From NCBI GenBank assembly GCA_963798845.1, contig CAWCUS010000001.1, forward strand, positions 192,001 to 256,000: a stretch of DNA of 64,000 bases, in the 5' to 3' direction. This DNA is from an uncultured Gemmatimonadales bacterium (GTDB lineage Bacteria > Gemmatimonadota > Gemmatimonadetes > Longimicrobiales > RSA9). A program made the translations under genes and the position numbers. The notes under the pieces were generated by a model, which saw nothing but the letters and a program-made list of their open reading frames with translations, did not search any database and was not told the DNA's origin. This document shows positions 30,100 through 39,834 of this stretch, in pieces; position 1 is the stretch's first letter; every line of letters starts with the position of its first letter.

Positions 30100-30106
30100 G
30101 GGACCG

Positions 30107-33100
30107 CTACGCGGCTCCCGCGGCCGCGCGGGCGACGACGTCACCGAGCTCGACGCCCACGATGGAGCTGACGCCCGGCTCCTCCATGGTGACGCCGTAG
30201 ATCCAGTCGGCGGCTTCCATGGTGCGCGGATTGTGCGTGACGACGATGAACTGCGTGTCGATCTTGAAGCGCTCGAGCATGGCGAGGAAGCGGCCGATAT
30301 TGGCCTCGTCGAGGGGCGCGTCGACCTCGTCGAGGACGCAGAAGGGGCTGGGCTTGACGAGGTAGATGGCGAACAGCAGCGCGAGGGAGGTCAGCGCCCG
30401 CTCGCCACCGGAGAGGAGATGGATACGCTGCGTGCGCTTCCCGCGCGGCGAGGCGGAGATCTCGATGGGGGACTCGAGGGGGTCGTCGGGATCCTCCAGC
30501 CAGAGGTCGCACTGCCCGCCCTCGAACAGCGTCTGGAACGTGGTCCCGAAGTTCTCCCGCACCCGCTCGAACGTGTCCTTGAAGAGCTGACGGGCGGTGC
30601 GATTGATCTCGCGGATGGCCTTCTGCAGGTCGTCGCGGGCCTGGACGAGGTCGGCGCGCTGCTCCTTGAGGAAATCGAGGCGCTCCTTCTCCTCATCGTA
30701 CTCCTCCACGGCGAGCATGTTGATGGGGCCGAGGCGCTCGATATCGGTGATGATCTGCTGGAGCTCGGCGGCGAGCGTGTCCAGCTCCCCGTCCACAGGC
30801 TCCACCATCTCCACCAGCTGCTCGAAGGGGCGGTTCCATTCTACCTCGAGCCGGTCGCGCACCCGCTGCTCGGCCGCGGCGGCCTCGCTCAGGCGGAGCT
30901 GGAGGCGGTGCCGCTCCTCGCCGCTCGTCTCGGCCACCTGGCGCAGCTTGCGGGTCTGGTGCTCCAGCGATTCCAGGGCGTCGCTGGCCTCGCGGAGCCG
31001 CTCGTCGAAGCCGCGCAGCTGTTCCGTGGCCTCATCCCGCCGGACGAAGAGGCTCTCGAGCTCCGCCGCCCCACCCGTGCGCACCTCCTCGAGCTCGTCG
31101 AGGGCGGCGCGGTGCTCCGCCTCCTCCGCATCGAGGGCGACGAGGCGGGCGTCCGCGTGCTCCAGCGATGTTTCGGCGCTGGTGCGACGACGATCGAGCT
31201 CCGCCAGGGCCGCTTCCTCGCGAGCGTGGGCGATGCGCAGCTCGGCGACTTCGTCGCGGACTTCCTCCCACGCCCCCTGGCGTTCGGTCAGCTCCGCCTC
31301 CGCCAGCTCCCGCCGCTCCACCAGGCGCTTCTGCTCCGAGTCGAGCTCCGCGGCCTCGACCATGGCGGCGGCGCCCTCCGCCCTGGCCTGCTCGCCGGCG
31401 GCGCGCAGGCCGGCGCGCTGGCGCTCCAGCTCGTCGCGGCTCCGCTCAGCGCGGGCGCGCTGTCCGGCGCGGGCCGCCTCATCCGCATCGAGGCGACGGA
31501 GCTCCAGCTCCAGGCCCCGCGCCTTCTCCTCCAGCTCGCGCCCTTCCGACTCGGCCTCCTCCACCTTCCCGGCCAGCGATGCGCGGGCGGCGGCCCGGGC
31601 TTCGCGGGTGCGCGCGGCCTCCTCGGCGTGGGTGCGGAGCGCGGCCAGGCGCTCGCGGCGACCGAGGAGCACGGGGTCGGATGCCGGCTCGCCCGCGAAC
31701 TCGAACGCGGCGACCAGCTCCCCGAGCCGGCCGAGGTCTGCTTCCCGGAGGAGCGCCAGGACGCCAGCACCGGGCCCGTGATCGGCGACCCACGATCGGA
31801 GGCGATCAATGGCGGCGTCGTCGGACACCACGAGGGCCTGGAGGAGCGCGCCGACGGTGTTCTCCACGGCGGCGGCTCTGTCATCCGGGAGGCGGAGCAG
31901 CTCTGCCACCGGCCCGACCAGGCCGTCCAGCTCGTCGCGATGCGCCAGGGCGGCCGCCACCGCGGGGCCGAAGCCGTGAAAGTCGCGCTCGAGCGTATCG
32001 AGGGCGGCCACGCGGGCGGACAGCAGGTTCTCGGTGTCCTCCGCCTCGGACAGGGCGCGACGGGACTCCAGCTCCTCCTGTCGGAGCGCAGCGAGACGAT
32101 CCCGGCACGCCTGGAGCTCTTCCCGCGCCTCCTCTTCGGCGGACGCAAGCTCGCGGGCCCGGTGGGCGAACAGGTCGCCCTGCTCCTCCAGGCGCGCGAG
32201 CTCCGACAGCAGCTCCTCGTGCTCGAAGCCCAGCCGCTCCGCCCGCTCCTCGGCGTCGGCGACGCGGGCGCGTCCCGCTCCGGCGGCAGCCCTGAGCTGC
32301 GCCATGCGACTGCCCAGCTCCTGCTCCCGGGTGCGGGTCTCCTGCTCCGCCTGTCTCGCGACCGCCAGCTGCTCGCGTAGCACCCGCTGGCGCTCCTGCG
32401 CCTCGGCCACACGCGAGCCCAGCTCTTCCAGTGACGTGCGACGGGAAGCCAGGTCGTCCACCAGCTGGATGATCTCTTCATCGAGGGTCGCCGCCCTGGC
32501 CCTCGTCTCAGCGCGCTCGGTGGTGATCTGCTGGAGGCGCCGCTGCGAGTGGGCACGACGCTCGTCCGCCACGGCGAGCTCCCGCTCCCGCTGGGCGATG
32601 GCCCGGTTCACCCCTTCAAGCGCCACCGCATGGGTGCCGCGCTGACGCGAGACTTCCGCGCTCTCCAGGCGGCGCCGCTCGAGCTCCGCCTCGGCGGTGC
32701 CCAGCTCGGCGCGTGCCCCGGGTTCCACTCGCGTGAGCTCCTCGAGCCGGCCATCCGCGTCCGCCACCGAGGTCTGCAGCCGCTCCAGCTGGAGCAGCGC
32801 GACGGTCGTCTCGAGGGCGAGGCGGCGCTCCCGCATCTCGTCGAAACGCTCGGCACGCCGCCGCTGCCGGGCCAGGCTCCGCACCTTGGACTCGACTTCG
32901 GAGATCAGGTCGTCGAGGCGGGCCAGGTCGGCCTCGGAACCCTCCAGGCGACGGTTGGCCATCTTGCGACGGTCCTTGTACCGCCCGATCCCGGCGGCCT
33001 CCTCGAACACCTGGCGCCGTTCGTCCGCCTTGTCGCTCAGGAGCGAGTCGACCATCCCCTGCTCGATGATGGCGTAGGCGTTGGCGCCGAGGCCGGTGTC

Positions 33101-33487
33101 GCGGCAGAGGTCGAGAATGTCCTTCAGCCGAGAACTCCTCCGGTTCAGCTCGTAGTCGCTCCCGCCCTCCCGATGCACCGTGCGGCGGATCTCCACCTCA
33201 TCGTGCGGCAGCGGGAGCCGGTGGTCGGCATTGTCCACGACGAGCGCGACTTCCGCCCGGCTGACAGGCCGGCGCTCCGAAGTGCCCTGAAATATGGCCT
33301 CATCCATCCGCGACCCGCGGATGGCGGACGGGCGCTGCTCACCCAGGACCCAGCGGATGGCATCGCTGATGTTCGACTTGCCGCACCCGTTGGGACCCAC
33401 GATGGCGGTCACGCCGTCGTGGAACTCGATCTCGGTGTCATCTGCGAACGACTTGAAGCCGTGCAGCCTGAGCTTGCGGACCTTCAT
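30107..33487 (-). CDS. smc: Chromosome segregation protein SMC (short hinge)
   Basis: GFKSFAD, GPNGCGKSN, Q-loop IIEQG, long coiled coils, LGPINMLA, LSGGE, VLDEVDAPLD. Confidence 0.96.
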   Translation of the reverse strand: MKVRKLRLHGFKSFADDTEIEFHDGVTAIVGPNGCGKSNISDAIRWVLGEQRPSAIRGSRMDEAIFQGTSERRPVSRAEVALVVDNADHRLPLPHDEVEIRRTVHREGGSDYELNRRSSRLKDILDLCRDTGLGANAYAIIEQGMVDSLLSDKADERRQVFEEAAGIGRYKDRRKMANRRLEGSEADLARLDDLISEVESKVRSLARQRRRAERFDEMRERRLALETTVALLQLERLQTSVADADGRLEELTRVEPGARAELGTAEAELERRRLESAEVSRQRGTHAVALEGVNRAIAQRERELAVADERRAHSQRRLQQITTERAETRARAATLDEEIIQLVDDLASRRTSLEELGSRVAEAQERQRVLREQLAVARQAEQETRTREQELGSRMAQLRAAAGAGRARVADAEERAERLGFEHEELLSELARLEEQGDLFAHRARELASAEEEAREELQACRDRLAALRQEELESRRALSEAEDTENLLSARVAALDTLERDFHGFGPAVAAALAHRDELDGLVGPVAELLRLPDDRAAAVENTVGALLQALVVSDDAAIDRLRSWVADHGPGAGVLALLREADLGRLGELVAAFEFAGEPASDPVLLGRRERLAALRTHAEEAARTREARAAARASLAGKVEEAESEGRELEEKARGLELELRRLDADEAARAGQRARAERSRDELERQRAGLRAAGEQARAEGAAAMVEAAELDSEQKRLVERRELAEAELTERQGAWEEVRDEVAELRIAHAREEAALAELDRRRTSAETSLEHADARLVALDAEEAEHRAALDELEEVRTGGAAELESLFVRRDEATEQLRGFDERLREASDALESLEHQTRKLRQVAETSGEERHRLQLRLSEAAAAEQRVRDRLEVEWNRPFEQLVEMVEPVDGELDTLAAELQQIITDIERLGPINMLAVEEYDEEKERLDFLKEQRADLVQARDDLQKAIREINRTARQLFKDTFERVRENFGTTFQTLFEGGQCDLWLEDPDDPLESPIEISASPRGKRTQRIHLLSGGERALTSLALLFAIYLVKPSPFCVLDEVDAPLDEANIGRFLAMLERFKIDTQFIVVTHNPRTMEAADWIYGVTMEEPGVSSIVGVELGDVVARAAAGAA

Positions 33488-34887
33488 GCGCCCCCGGCCG
33501 GCTCGCCAGTCCGCTCCACCAAGCCCCCGCGGACGCCGGCGCTCTCCAGCATCTTCCTCATGGGCTCCGCCTCGGCGGCGCTCGTGTACGCGCCGCCATA
33601 GACGCGGTAGCGCGTGGCCCCGTCCTGGTAGCGGACCGGCACGATGTACGTCGGGATCTCGTGGGCCCTGAGCGAGTCCATGTGGATTCGCGCGTCCTCC
33701 GGGGTGGCGAACTCCCCCAGCCGGAAGGCGAGATGCGTGGGGAGCACCGCCCAGCTGTCCACGGCGGTCTTGTGCCCGTCGTCCACCAGCCGCTGCATGA
33801 GCACCGTCCCGGCCTCACGATCGGCGACGGGGCCTGCCAGGAGCCGGTAGTACAGGTCGCCGCCCACCGACAGCGGCGCGAGAAAGAAGTGAACGTCGGG
33901 CTCGGCTTGCTCGAGCTGCGCCACCCGCTCCTCCGCCGTGGTCAGGTCCTGGTGCGCCTCGACCGCCACGGAGACCGGAATCGGCGTCTCCACCGCCACT
34001 GGCTCCGGCTGCGGCGCGGGACTCGGTGTCTGCGAAACCGGCGACTCGGACACCGGCTCCGGCTCGGGCTCCGCCAGGTACTCCCTGTACAGAAACCAGC
34101 CGGCGAGGGCGAGCACGATGAGCAGCAGCACCACCAGGAAGGGCGACACGGTTCGGCGTCGTTCCTCGTCGGCCCGGAGCAGCGGCGGCTCGCGCAGCTC
34201 CCGCTCGGCGGGAACCGCCTCCCCGGCTTCCGCGGCCGCGGCCGCGGCCATCCCGGGCGGGGGTGCCGGGGCGGCGCCGGGGTCGACGGCGCCGACGATC
34301 TCGCACGCGGAGTCGAGGCGACTCACGGCGCGATGCACCGCCTGCTCGCCGCCGATCACCAGAGCGCGACCGATCCTGCGCGAGAGCGGCGGCAGGCCGG
34401 GGGTGCCGAGCGGCACGTACAGAAGGAGCATGGCCCCTTCGTGGCCGAGCTCGGCGGCAATGCCGTCCCAGCGGTCGCTGGTGAGTACCGCAGCGGGGTC
34501 CGGAACGAACGCGCCCGTGGAAACGAAGTCGAAGTGGCGATCGGCCGGCCTGACGCGAACGTGCCTCAGGGATGCGCCGAAGAGGAACACGTCGGCGAGC
34601 CCCTCCAGGTTCCCGAGGCCGAGCCGCTCGTGCAGCCCCGGTTCCGCCACGGCACCATCGGCGAGGATGGTCAGCGCGCCTCCGCGGCCGCGGGCTTCGG
34701 CCAGGGCGATGGCGGTGCCCGCGGACAGGTCGCCGGGGTCGGGGGCGACGAGAAGCAGGATCTGCGTTTCCGGATCGGTCAGCCCGGGCCCCAGCGTCGG
34801 CGGGATCTCGGCCGACCCGGGGTCGAAGGGGACGGCCTCGGGTCTGCGGTCGGGGCTCATTCGGACGACGGGTTGAGGGTCCTCCAC
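33484..34887 (-). CDS. Membrane protein with a degenerate FlhG/Wzc-like N-terminus, one TM and C-terminal SPOR-like domains
   Basis: ADGAVAEPGLH...EGLADVFLFGASL, a TM segment, a Pro-rich linker, YYRLLAGP and YRVYGGAY. The start is uncertain. Confidence 0.7.
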   Translation of the reverse strand: MEDPQPVVRMSPDRRPEAVPFDPGSAEIPPTLGPGLTDPETQILLLVAPDPGDLSAGTAIALAEARGRGGALTILADGAVAEPGLHERLGLGNLEGLADVFLFGASLRHVRVRPADRHFDFVSTGAFVPDPAAVLTSDRWDGIAAELGHEGAMLLLYVPLGTPGLPPLSRRIGRALVIGGEQAVHRAVSRLDSACEIVGAVDPGAAPAPPPGMAAAAAAEAGEAVPAERELREPPLLRADEERRRTVSPFLVVLLLIVLALAGWFLYREYLAEPEPEPVSESPVSQTPSPAPQPEPVAVETPIPVSVAVEAHQDLTTAEERVAQLEQAEPDVHFFLAPLSVGGDLYYRLLAGPVADREAGTVLMQRLVDDGHKTAVDSWAVLPTHLAFRLGEFATPEDARIHMDSLRAHEIPTYIVPVRYQDGATRYRVYGGAYTSAAEAEPMRKMLESAGVRGGLVERTGEPAGGA

Positions 34888-34925
34888 TCTGGCCGTGTTT
34901 CCCCTCCTTCGGGGTGGCGTGCCGG

Positions 34926-35345
34926 TCAGGTCGAAAGGTCGCCTAATGATAAGCCGAGCGCTCCCGCGGCAAAAGGCGCCCGGCGCAGGTCAGAAGGAAG
35001 GGCCAAAAACCAGGGAGAAGAGGCCGCGGCGCTGGTGGTCGAGCGGGACAGCGTGGTCGAGGCGGAGGATGGAGGAGGGAGGCCTACAGCAGGATCGGCT
35101 TCCGCTCCCGAAACTCGTGTCCCCGTGATCCTGGAGAGGCGGGCATACGCGCGCTCGGCCATGCGGCCGGCGTCCAGCGCCGCCTCCCGTTCCTCGGGAC
35201 AGAAGTAGACGTCGAAGTGTTCGGTGCGGAGGATCTCGAAGTCGAAGGAGCGGTACTGGACCTCGTTGCGGCCGAACTGCGCGGCGACGGGGCCCGGGGC
35301 GGCGGCGAGCAGCGTCGCCGCCAGGAGGACCAGCAGCCGGCGCAT
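34926..35345 (-). pseudogene. Truncated N-terminal fragment of a large secreted peptidase-MA/PD40/BamA-type protein
   Basis: Signal peptide, then AQFGRNEVQYRSFDFEILRTEHFDVYF...AERAYARLSRI. Similarity stops near 35126 and the rest is Ser/Pro-rich read-through. Family assignment is from recall. Confidence 0.6.
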
Positions 35346-35358
35346 GCAGCCTCCGGGT

Positions 35359-35760
35359 TCAGGACTCCAGCGTCAGGAGCGGGGCGTCTCCCCAGAGACG
35401 CTCGAGCTGGTAGAAGTCGCGCGCAACAGGATGGAAGACGTGCACGACGAAATCGATGTAGTCGATGAGCACCCAGCGTCCGCCGCGCAGACCCTCCACG
35501 TGGTCCGGCCGCACATCCTCCCGCTTGAGTCCCTCAATGATGCCCTCGGCGATGCTGCGCACGTGGATGTCCAATGTGCCGGTCGCGATCACGAAAAAGT
35601 CGGTGGCGCCGGTGAGGTCCCGGAGATCGAGGACCGAGAGCTGCCGGGCCTTCCGGTCGCGGGCGAAATCCACCACCCGGGAGAGGTCACGGGTCAGGTC
35701 GGACTCCGAGAGCGTGCGCTGAGGTTTAGCCGCGGATGCGTGACTACGTTCGGTCGCCAT
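35359..35760 (-). CDS. rsfS: Ribosome silencing factor RsfS
   Basis: DFFVIATG, WVLIDYIDFVVHVF, RDFYQLERLWGD. Confidence 0.95.
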   Translation of the reverse strand: MATERSHASAAKPQRTLSESDLTRDLSRVVDFARDRKARQLSVLDLRDLTGATDFFVIATGTLDIHVRSIAEGIIEGLKREDVRPDHVEGLRGGRWVLIDYIDFVVHVFHPVARDFYQLERLWGDAPLLTLES

Positions 35761-35884
35761 TCGAATCACAGTATAACAAGACGACGCGAGGGATGGCACG
35801 TCCGCCTCCCTCGCGCGCTGGTGCGCCCGCAACGCCGCCGCCAGGGGGCGCGCTACGCGGCGGGCCGGGTCGGCAACGCCGTCC

Positions 35885-36346
35885 CTACTCTTCCTTGATG
35901 ACCCAGACCTTCACCTCAGGCCGGACATCGGCGTGCAGCCGCACGGGGACGTTGAAGACGCCCAGGGCCTTCAGCGGCTCGTCCAGGTCCACGTCCCGCT
36001 TGTCCACCTCGAAGTCCAGACCCTGCTGGTTCAGTCGGTCGGCAATGTCGGCGTTCGTGATCGAGCCGAACAGCTTCGACTCCTCGCCCGCCCGCGCGTG
36101 GAACGTGAGCTGGATCTCCTCCAGCTGCGACGCACGCCGGCGCGCCTCCAGGTACGCACGCCTCGCCTGCTGCTCCGCCCGGTCCCGCTCCTGCTCCAGC
36201 TGCCGGATGCTCGCGTCCGTCGCCTCGTACGCCAGCGCCTGCGGGAGCAGGTAATTGCGGGCATAGCCCGGTTTCACGGTGACGATCTCCCCCGCCTCGC
36301 CGAGCTTCTCGACGTCTTCTCTGAGAATCACCTTCACGGTCTTCAT
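35885..36346 (-). CDS. rplI: 50S ribosomal protein L9
   Basis: VKPGYARNYLLPQ, KLFGSIT. Confidence 0.97.
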   Translation of the reverse strand: MKTVKVILREDVEKLGEAGEIVTVKPGYARNYLLPQALAYEATDASIRQLEQERDRAEQQARRAYLEARRRASQLEEIQLTFHARAGEESKLFGSITNADIADRLNQQGLDFEVDKRDVDLDEPLKALGVFNVPVRLHADVRPEVKVWVIKEE

Positions 36347-36357
36347 CTTCGGCTCCT

Positions 36358-37275
36358 TCAGCCTTCGTCGTTCAGCGCCCGCCGACCGGACCGGAGGTCC
36401 AGCCACGTGTCCGTCACCCCCAGGAGCAGCGTGCCGGCCACCACGATCGGGTAGAGAAGCACGCCCACCACCCCGAGCACCACGAGGACCGGCACCTGCG
36501 GGCCCACCAGCGCCAGGATCACCGCCACCAGCACGGCCAGTCCACGGAGCGCGTACAGCGCCCCCATGAAGAACACCAGGTTCGACCCGACACGGGTGGC
36601 CCATCCGGCCGCACCCGCCATGGGCAGAACCAGGAGCGCCAGCCCCACGATAAGGACCCACACGAGCCCATCCGGGAACCGGAACTCCGAGAGCCGACCG
36701 AGCGGCTCGCCTCTCCGTGCCATGGCCCGGTACAGCAGCCACGCCACCCCGAGCGACGCTACGGAGGCCACCCCGAGCAGCGCCGGGAACAGCCGCGCGG
36801 GCAGGTCAGCCGCCTGCTGCACGACCGCGTTGGACTCGGCCAGGGCCGGCCATGCCTGGCGCATCGCCTCGGCAACCTGGCGGTAGTGCGACGCGATGGT
36901 CCAGTCCAGCTCCGACCAGCCGCCCAGCACGGCCACGATCACCGCGGCCGTCGCCGCCGTCGCCGCCGTGGCCATCAGGGCGCGCGGCGTGAAGCCGCGG
37001 GCCGGCAGCAGCAGCGCGGCCAGGATGAACCACCCTCCCAGGAGCAGCGACCACCCACGCCCCACGTACCACAGCGGGTCCTGCCCCGCTCCCAGGAAGG
37101 CCAGCGCGGCCAGGATCGCGGCCGCCGCGAGGAGGACCGGCTTCCGCGGCGGAAGGCCCACCAGCAGGAGCGCAGTCGGGACCATGATCAGCTGGATAGG
37201 GTGCACCACGGAGAACGTGAGCACCACGAGCACCAGCAGGAGGACCGTCGGCCAGCGCGGTCCCCGTCCCGCCAC
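36358..37275 (-). CDS. DUF2232/YybS family membrane protein
   Basis: Multi-TM protein; FRFPDGLVW, GVTDTWLDLR. Usual position between rpsR and rplI. Confidence 0.8.
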   Translation of the reverse strand: MAGRGPRWPTVLLLVLVVLTFSVVHPIQLIMVPTALLLVGLPPRKPVLLAAAAILAALAFLGAGQDPLWYVGRGWSLLLGGWFILAALLLPARGFTPRALMATAATAATAAVIVAVLGGWSELDWTIASHYRQVAEAMRQAWPALAESNAVVQQAADLPARLFPALLGVASVASLGVAWLLYRAMARRGEPLGRLSEFRFPDGLVWVLIVGLALLVLPMAGAAGWATRVGSNLVFFMGALYALRGLAVLVAVILALVGPQVPVLVVLGVVGVLLYPIVVAGTLLLGVTDTWLDLRSGRRALNDEG

Positions 37276-37276
37276 G

Positions 37277-37501
37277 TCAGCTCTCGTAGACGTGCGTGTA
37301 CGGCACGAGCGCGAGATAGCGCGCCCGCTTGATCGCCGTCCCGACCTGCCGCTGATGCCGGGCACACATCCCGGTCATCCGCCGGGGCATGATCTTCCCA
37401 GCGTCGGTCATGATGCGGGAAAGGGAATGCTCGTCCTTGTAGTTGATCTGACGCACGCCCGCCTCACAGAGGGGGCACGGCTTGCTTCTGCCGCCCGCCA
37501 T
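37277..37501 (-). CDS. rpsR: 30S ribosomal protein S18 (Zn-binding C+ form)
   Basis: CPLC, INYKD, GKIMPRRMTGMCARHQR, AIKRAR. Confidence 0.97.
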   Translation of the reverse strand: MAGGRSKPCPLCEAGVRQINYKDEHSLSRIMTDAGKIMPRRMTGMCARHQRQVGTAIKRARYLALVPYTHVYES

Positions 37502-37863
37502 TAGTCCTCCTCCTCGTCTTCGTCGTCGTCCTCGTCACGCGGCGAGCGCGTGGCGATGCTCATGGCCGCCGTGGGCTCCCCTTCGCTGAGGACGATGAGG
37601 TAGCGAACGAGCTCTTCATCCAGCTTGAGCGTTCGCTCCAGCTCGGGCAGCGCGTCGGGGTCGGCCGTGAACTGCACCACCACGTAGTTGCCGGATGTCT
37701 TCTTCCGAATGGGATAGGCGAGCTGCCGCTTGCCCCAGTGGTCCACCGCGGTGATCTCACCGCCACCGTCGGTGATCCGGGCGTGGAACTTGTCCAGCTT
37801 CTCGTTCACCTGTTCCTCGGTCAGGACCGAGTCCAGGATGTAAACGATCTCGTATTCTCTCAC
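37501..37863 (-). CDS. rpsF: 30S ribosomal protein S6
   Basis: MREYEIVYIL, WGKRQLAYPI, acidic tail. Confidence 0.97.
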   Translation of the reverse strand: MREYEIVYILDSVLTEEQVNEKLDKFHARITDGGGEITAVDHWGKRQLAYPIRKKTSGNYVVVQFTADPDALPELERTLKLDEELVRYLIVLSEGEPTAAMSIATRSPRDEDDDEDEEED

Positions 37864-37931
37864 GTTTCTCTCCCGTGGTCGTTCGGCCTCGCCTCCTCGG
37901 GCGAAGCGGGATCAAAGAGCCGTAAATTGTA
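37864..37931 (-). promoter_or_regulatory. rpsF promoter (-10 TACAAT) and putative S6:S18 autoregulatory leader
   Basis: TACAAT at 37926-31. The leader reads UCCC-[GCUUCGCC/GGCGAGGC hairpin]-...CCA-CGGGAG, so UCCC can pair with the SD and a CCR sits beside it. Confidence 0.55.
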
Positions 37932-37967
37932 AGGCTTTGTCGCCCGTCCGTCCACCCCTCATGGCAC

Positions 37968-39080
37968 TCAGACGTTGAACCGGAACAGCAGGATGTCGCC
38001 ATCCGCCACGGTGTAGTGTCGGCCTTCGCTGCGCATCAGCCCCTGCTCCCTCGCTGCCTTCTCGGAGCCCGCCTCCACGAAGTCGCTCCAGGCGACGGTC
38101 TCGGCCCGGATGAAGCCGCGCTCGAAGTCGCTGTGGATCTCGCCCGCGGCCCCCGCCGCGCGCGTTCCCTCGCGAATGGTCCAGGCCCGCACCTCCTTCG
38201 GCCCTGCCGTGAAGAAGCTGATGAGCCCGAGGAGCCGGTAGCCCGCCTGGATCAGGCGGTAGAGCCCGGGCTCGGCCAGGCCATGGGCCTCCAGGTACTC
38301 GTCGCGGTCGGCGGGCTCGAGGGCAAGGACCTCGGCTTCCATTGCGGCGGCCAGCACGACCACCTCGGCCGGCTCGTGGTCGCGGGCGACGGCGTCGCGA
38401 AGCGAGCGCACGTAGCCGTTCCGATCCCCGGCCGCCAGGCCGTGTTCGGTGACGTTCGCCACGTAGAGCTCCGGCTTGGCCGTCAGCAGCTGATACGAAT
38501 GCAGAAGGCGAGCTTCCACCGGGTCCTCGGCGTTCGCCAGCCTGGCGGGCATCCCTTCCGACAGAAGGCCCTGCAGGCGACGAAGTAGCGACGCCTCCTT
38601 CTTCGCGTCCGGTTCCCCGCTCCTCGCCACCTTCTCCGCGCGATCGAGCCGCCGCTCGACCGCCTGCAGGTCGGCCAGCGCCAGCTCGGTGTTGATGATC
38701 CCCCGGTCGCGCGCGGGATCGACGGCGCCCAAGACGTGGGTGACATCGGGATCATCGAAGCAGCGGACGACGTGGACGACAGCGTCCACCTCCCGGATGT
38801 TGGCCAGGAACCTGTTCCCCAGGCCCTCGCCCTCCGAGGCGCCCTCCACGAGCCCCGCGATGTCCACGAACGTCACGGTGGCGGGCACCCGCGACTTCGG
38901 CTGGACCTTTTCCTCCAGCAGGACGAGCCTCGGATCCGGGACTTCGACCACACCGACGTTCGGGTCCACAGTGCAGAACGGGTAGTTGGCCGCGTCGGCC
39001 CCCGCTTCAGTGAGCGCATTGAACAGAGTGGACTTGCCCACGTTCGGCAGGCCCACGATCCCCAGCTTCAGATTCGGCAT
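37968..39080 (-). CDS. ychF: Redox-regulated ATPase YchF
   Basis: [50 protein letters not shown]. Confidence 0.97.
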   Translation of the reverse strand: MPNLKLGIVGLPNVGKSTLFNALTEAGADAANYPFCTVDPNVGVVEVPDPRLVLLEEKVQPKSRVPATVTFVDIAGLVEGASEGEGLGNRFLANIREVDAVVHVVRCFDDPDVTHVLGAVDPARDRGIINTELALADLQAVERRLDRAEKVARSGEPDAKKEASLLRRLQGLLSEGMPARLANAEDPVEARLLHSYQLLTAKPELYVANVTEHGLAAGDRNGYVRSLRDAVARDHEPAEVVVLAAAMEAEVLALEPADRDEYLEAHGLAEPGLYRLIQAGYRLLGLISFFTAGPKEVRAWTIREGTRAAGAAGEIHSDFERGFIRAETVAWSDFVEAGSEKAAREQGLMRSEGRHYTVADGDILLFRFNV

Positions 39081-39133
39081 TCCAATCCCGTTGGTGTCCT
39101 GGCGACCCCGCAGGACGCGGAGCTGCTGCGAGT

Positions 39134-39196
39134 CGCCGCAAGAGGGCGCCGCAAGAGGGCGCCGCAAGAGGGCGGCGCGAGAGGCGGCGCGAGAGG
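39134..39196. repeat. Short tandem repeat array
   Basis: CGCCGCAAGAGGG x3 (13 bp), then the related CGGCGCGAGAGG x2 (12 bp), in the ychF/dinB divergent gap. Confidence 0.9.
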
Positions 39197-39285
39197 GCCG
39201 GCCACGCCGCCGCCATTGCCCGCCGTGCGCGGCCGCCGGTAGTCTACCCGGAACGTTCACCATTGTGCGCAGGAGCCCACCGCCC

Positions 39286-39804
39286 ATGCCAAAGCCCGAA
39301 TTCCACACGCTGCTCGAGGAAGCGCTCGAAGCCTGGGAGTACACCCGCGCAGGCGTGATCGCCGAAGCGGAAGGCATCCCGCCCGAACAGTTCGGCTTCC
39401 GTCCCACCGACGAGAGCCGGACGGTGGCGGAGATCCTCGTCCATATCGCCAGCTCGGGCGAGATGATGTCCGGCGAGCTGAGCGATCCGGAGGGCGACTT
39501 CACCCGCCGGTCGTACACCGAGCACATCCGCGAACACGCCGGGGAGATGTCGCCGGACCAGCCCGGGGATGCGCTGATCGCGCTTCTGCGACGGACGGGT
39601 GAGGCGGGGCGTGACCGGCTCCGCCGCGCCGGGTCCCTCCCCATGCTCCAGGGGATCCGTCGCTTCGACGGCACCGTGGGCACGCGCCTGGCCTGGCTGA
39701 ACCACGGGATCGACCACGAGAGCTACCATCGGGGTCAGCTTGCGCTCTACGTCCGCATGATGGGGCACGTGCCAGCGCTGACGCGGCGGATTCGCGGCGA
39801 GTAG
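39286..39804 (+). CDS. DinB/YfiT family protein
   Basis: FRPT...[11 protein letters not shown] and HESYHRGQL (His triad); AGGAG SD upstream. Confidence 0.88.
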   Translation: MPKPEFHTLLEEALEAWEYTRAGVIAEAEGIPPEQFGFRPTDESRTVAEILVHIASSGEMMSGELSDPEGDFTRRSYTEHIREHAGEMSPDQPGDALIALLRRTGEAGRDRLRRAGSLPMLQGIRRFDGTVGTRLAWLNHGIDHESYHRGQLALYVRMMGHVPALTRRIRGE

Positions 39805-39834
39805 GCCGGCCCGGCCAGTGGTCGCATGGAAGCG

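Noticed and set aside
30053..32380. Long alternative ORFs (e.g. 775 aa opposite smc, 911 aa at 19410, 716 aa at 39818, 652 aa at 666)
   Set aside because: These are antisense or off-frame shadows of clear genes, expected at high GC, and carry no recognisable motifs.
34888..34945. Possible riboswitch in the SPOR-gene leader
   Set aside because: Only a small hairpin is present, and it matches no riboswitch consensus I know.
39134..39196. Possible CRISPR array
   Set aside because: The units are 12-13 bp, directly adjacent, with no spacers and no cas genes.
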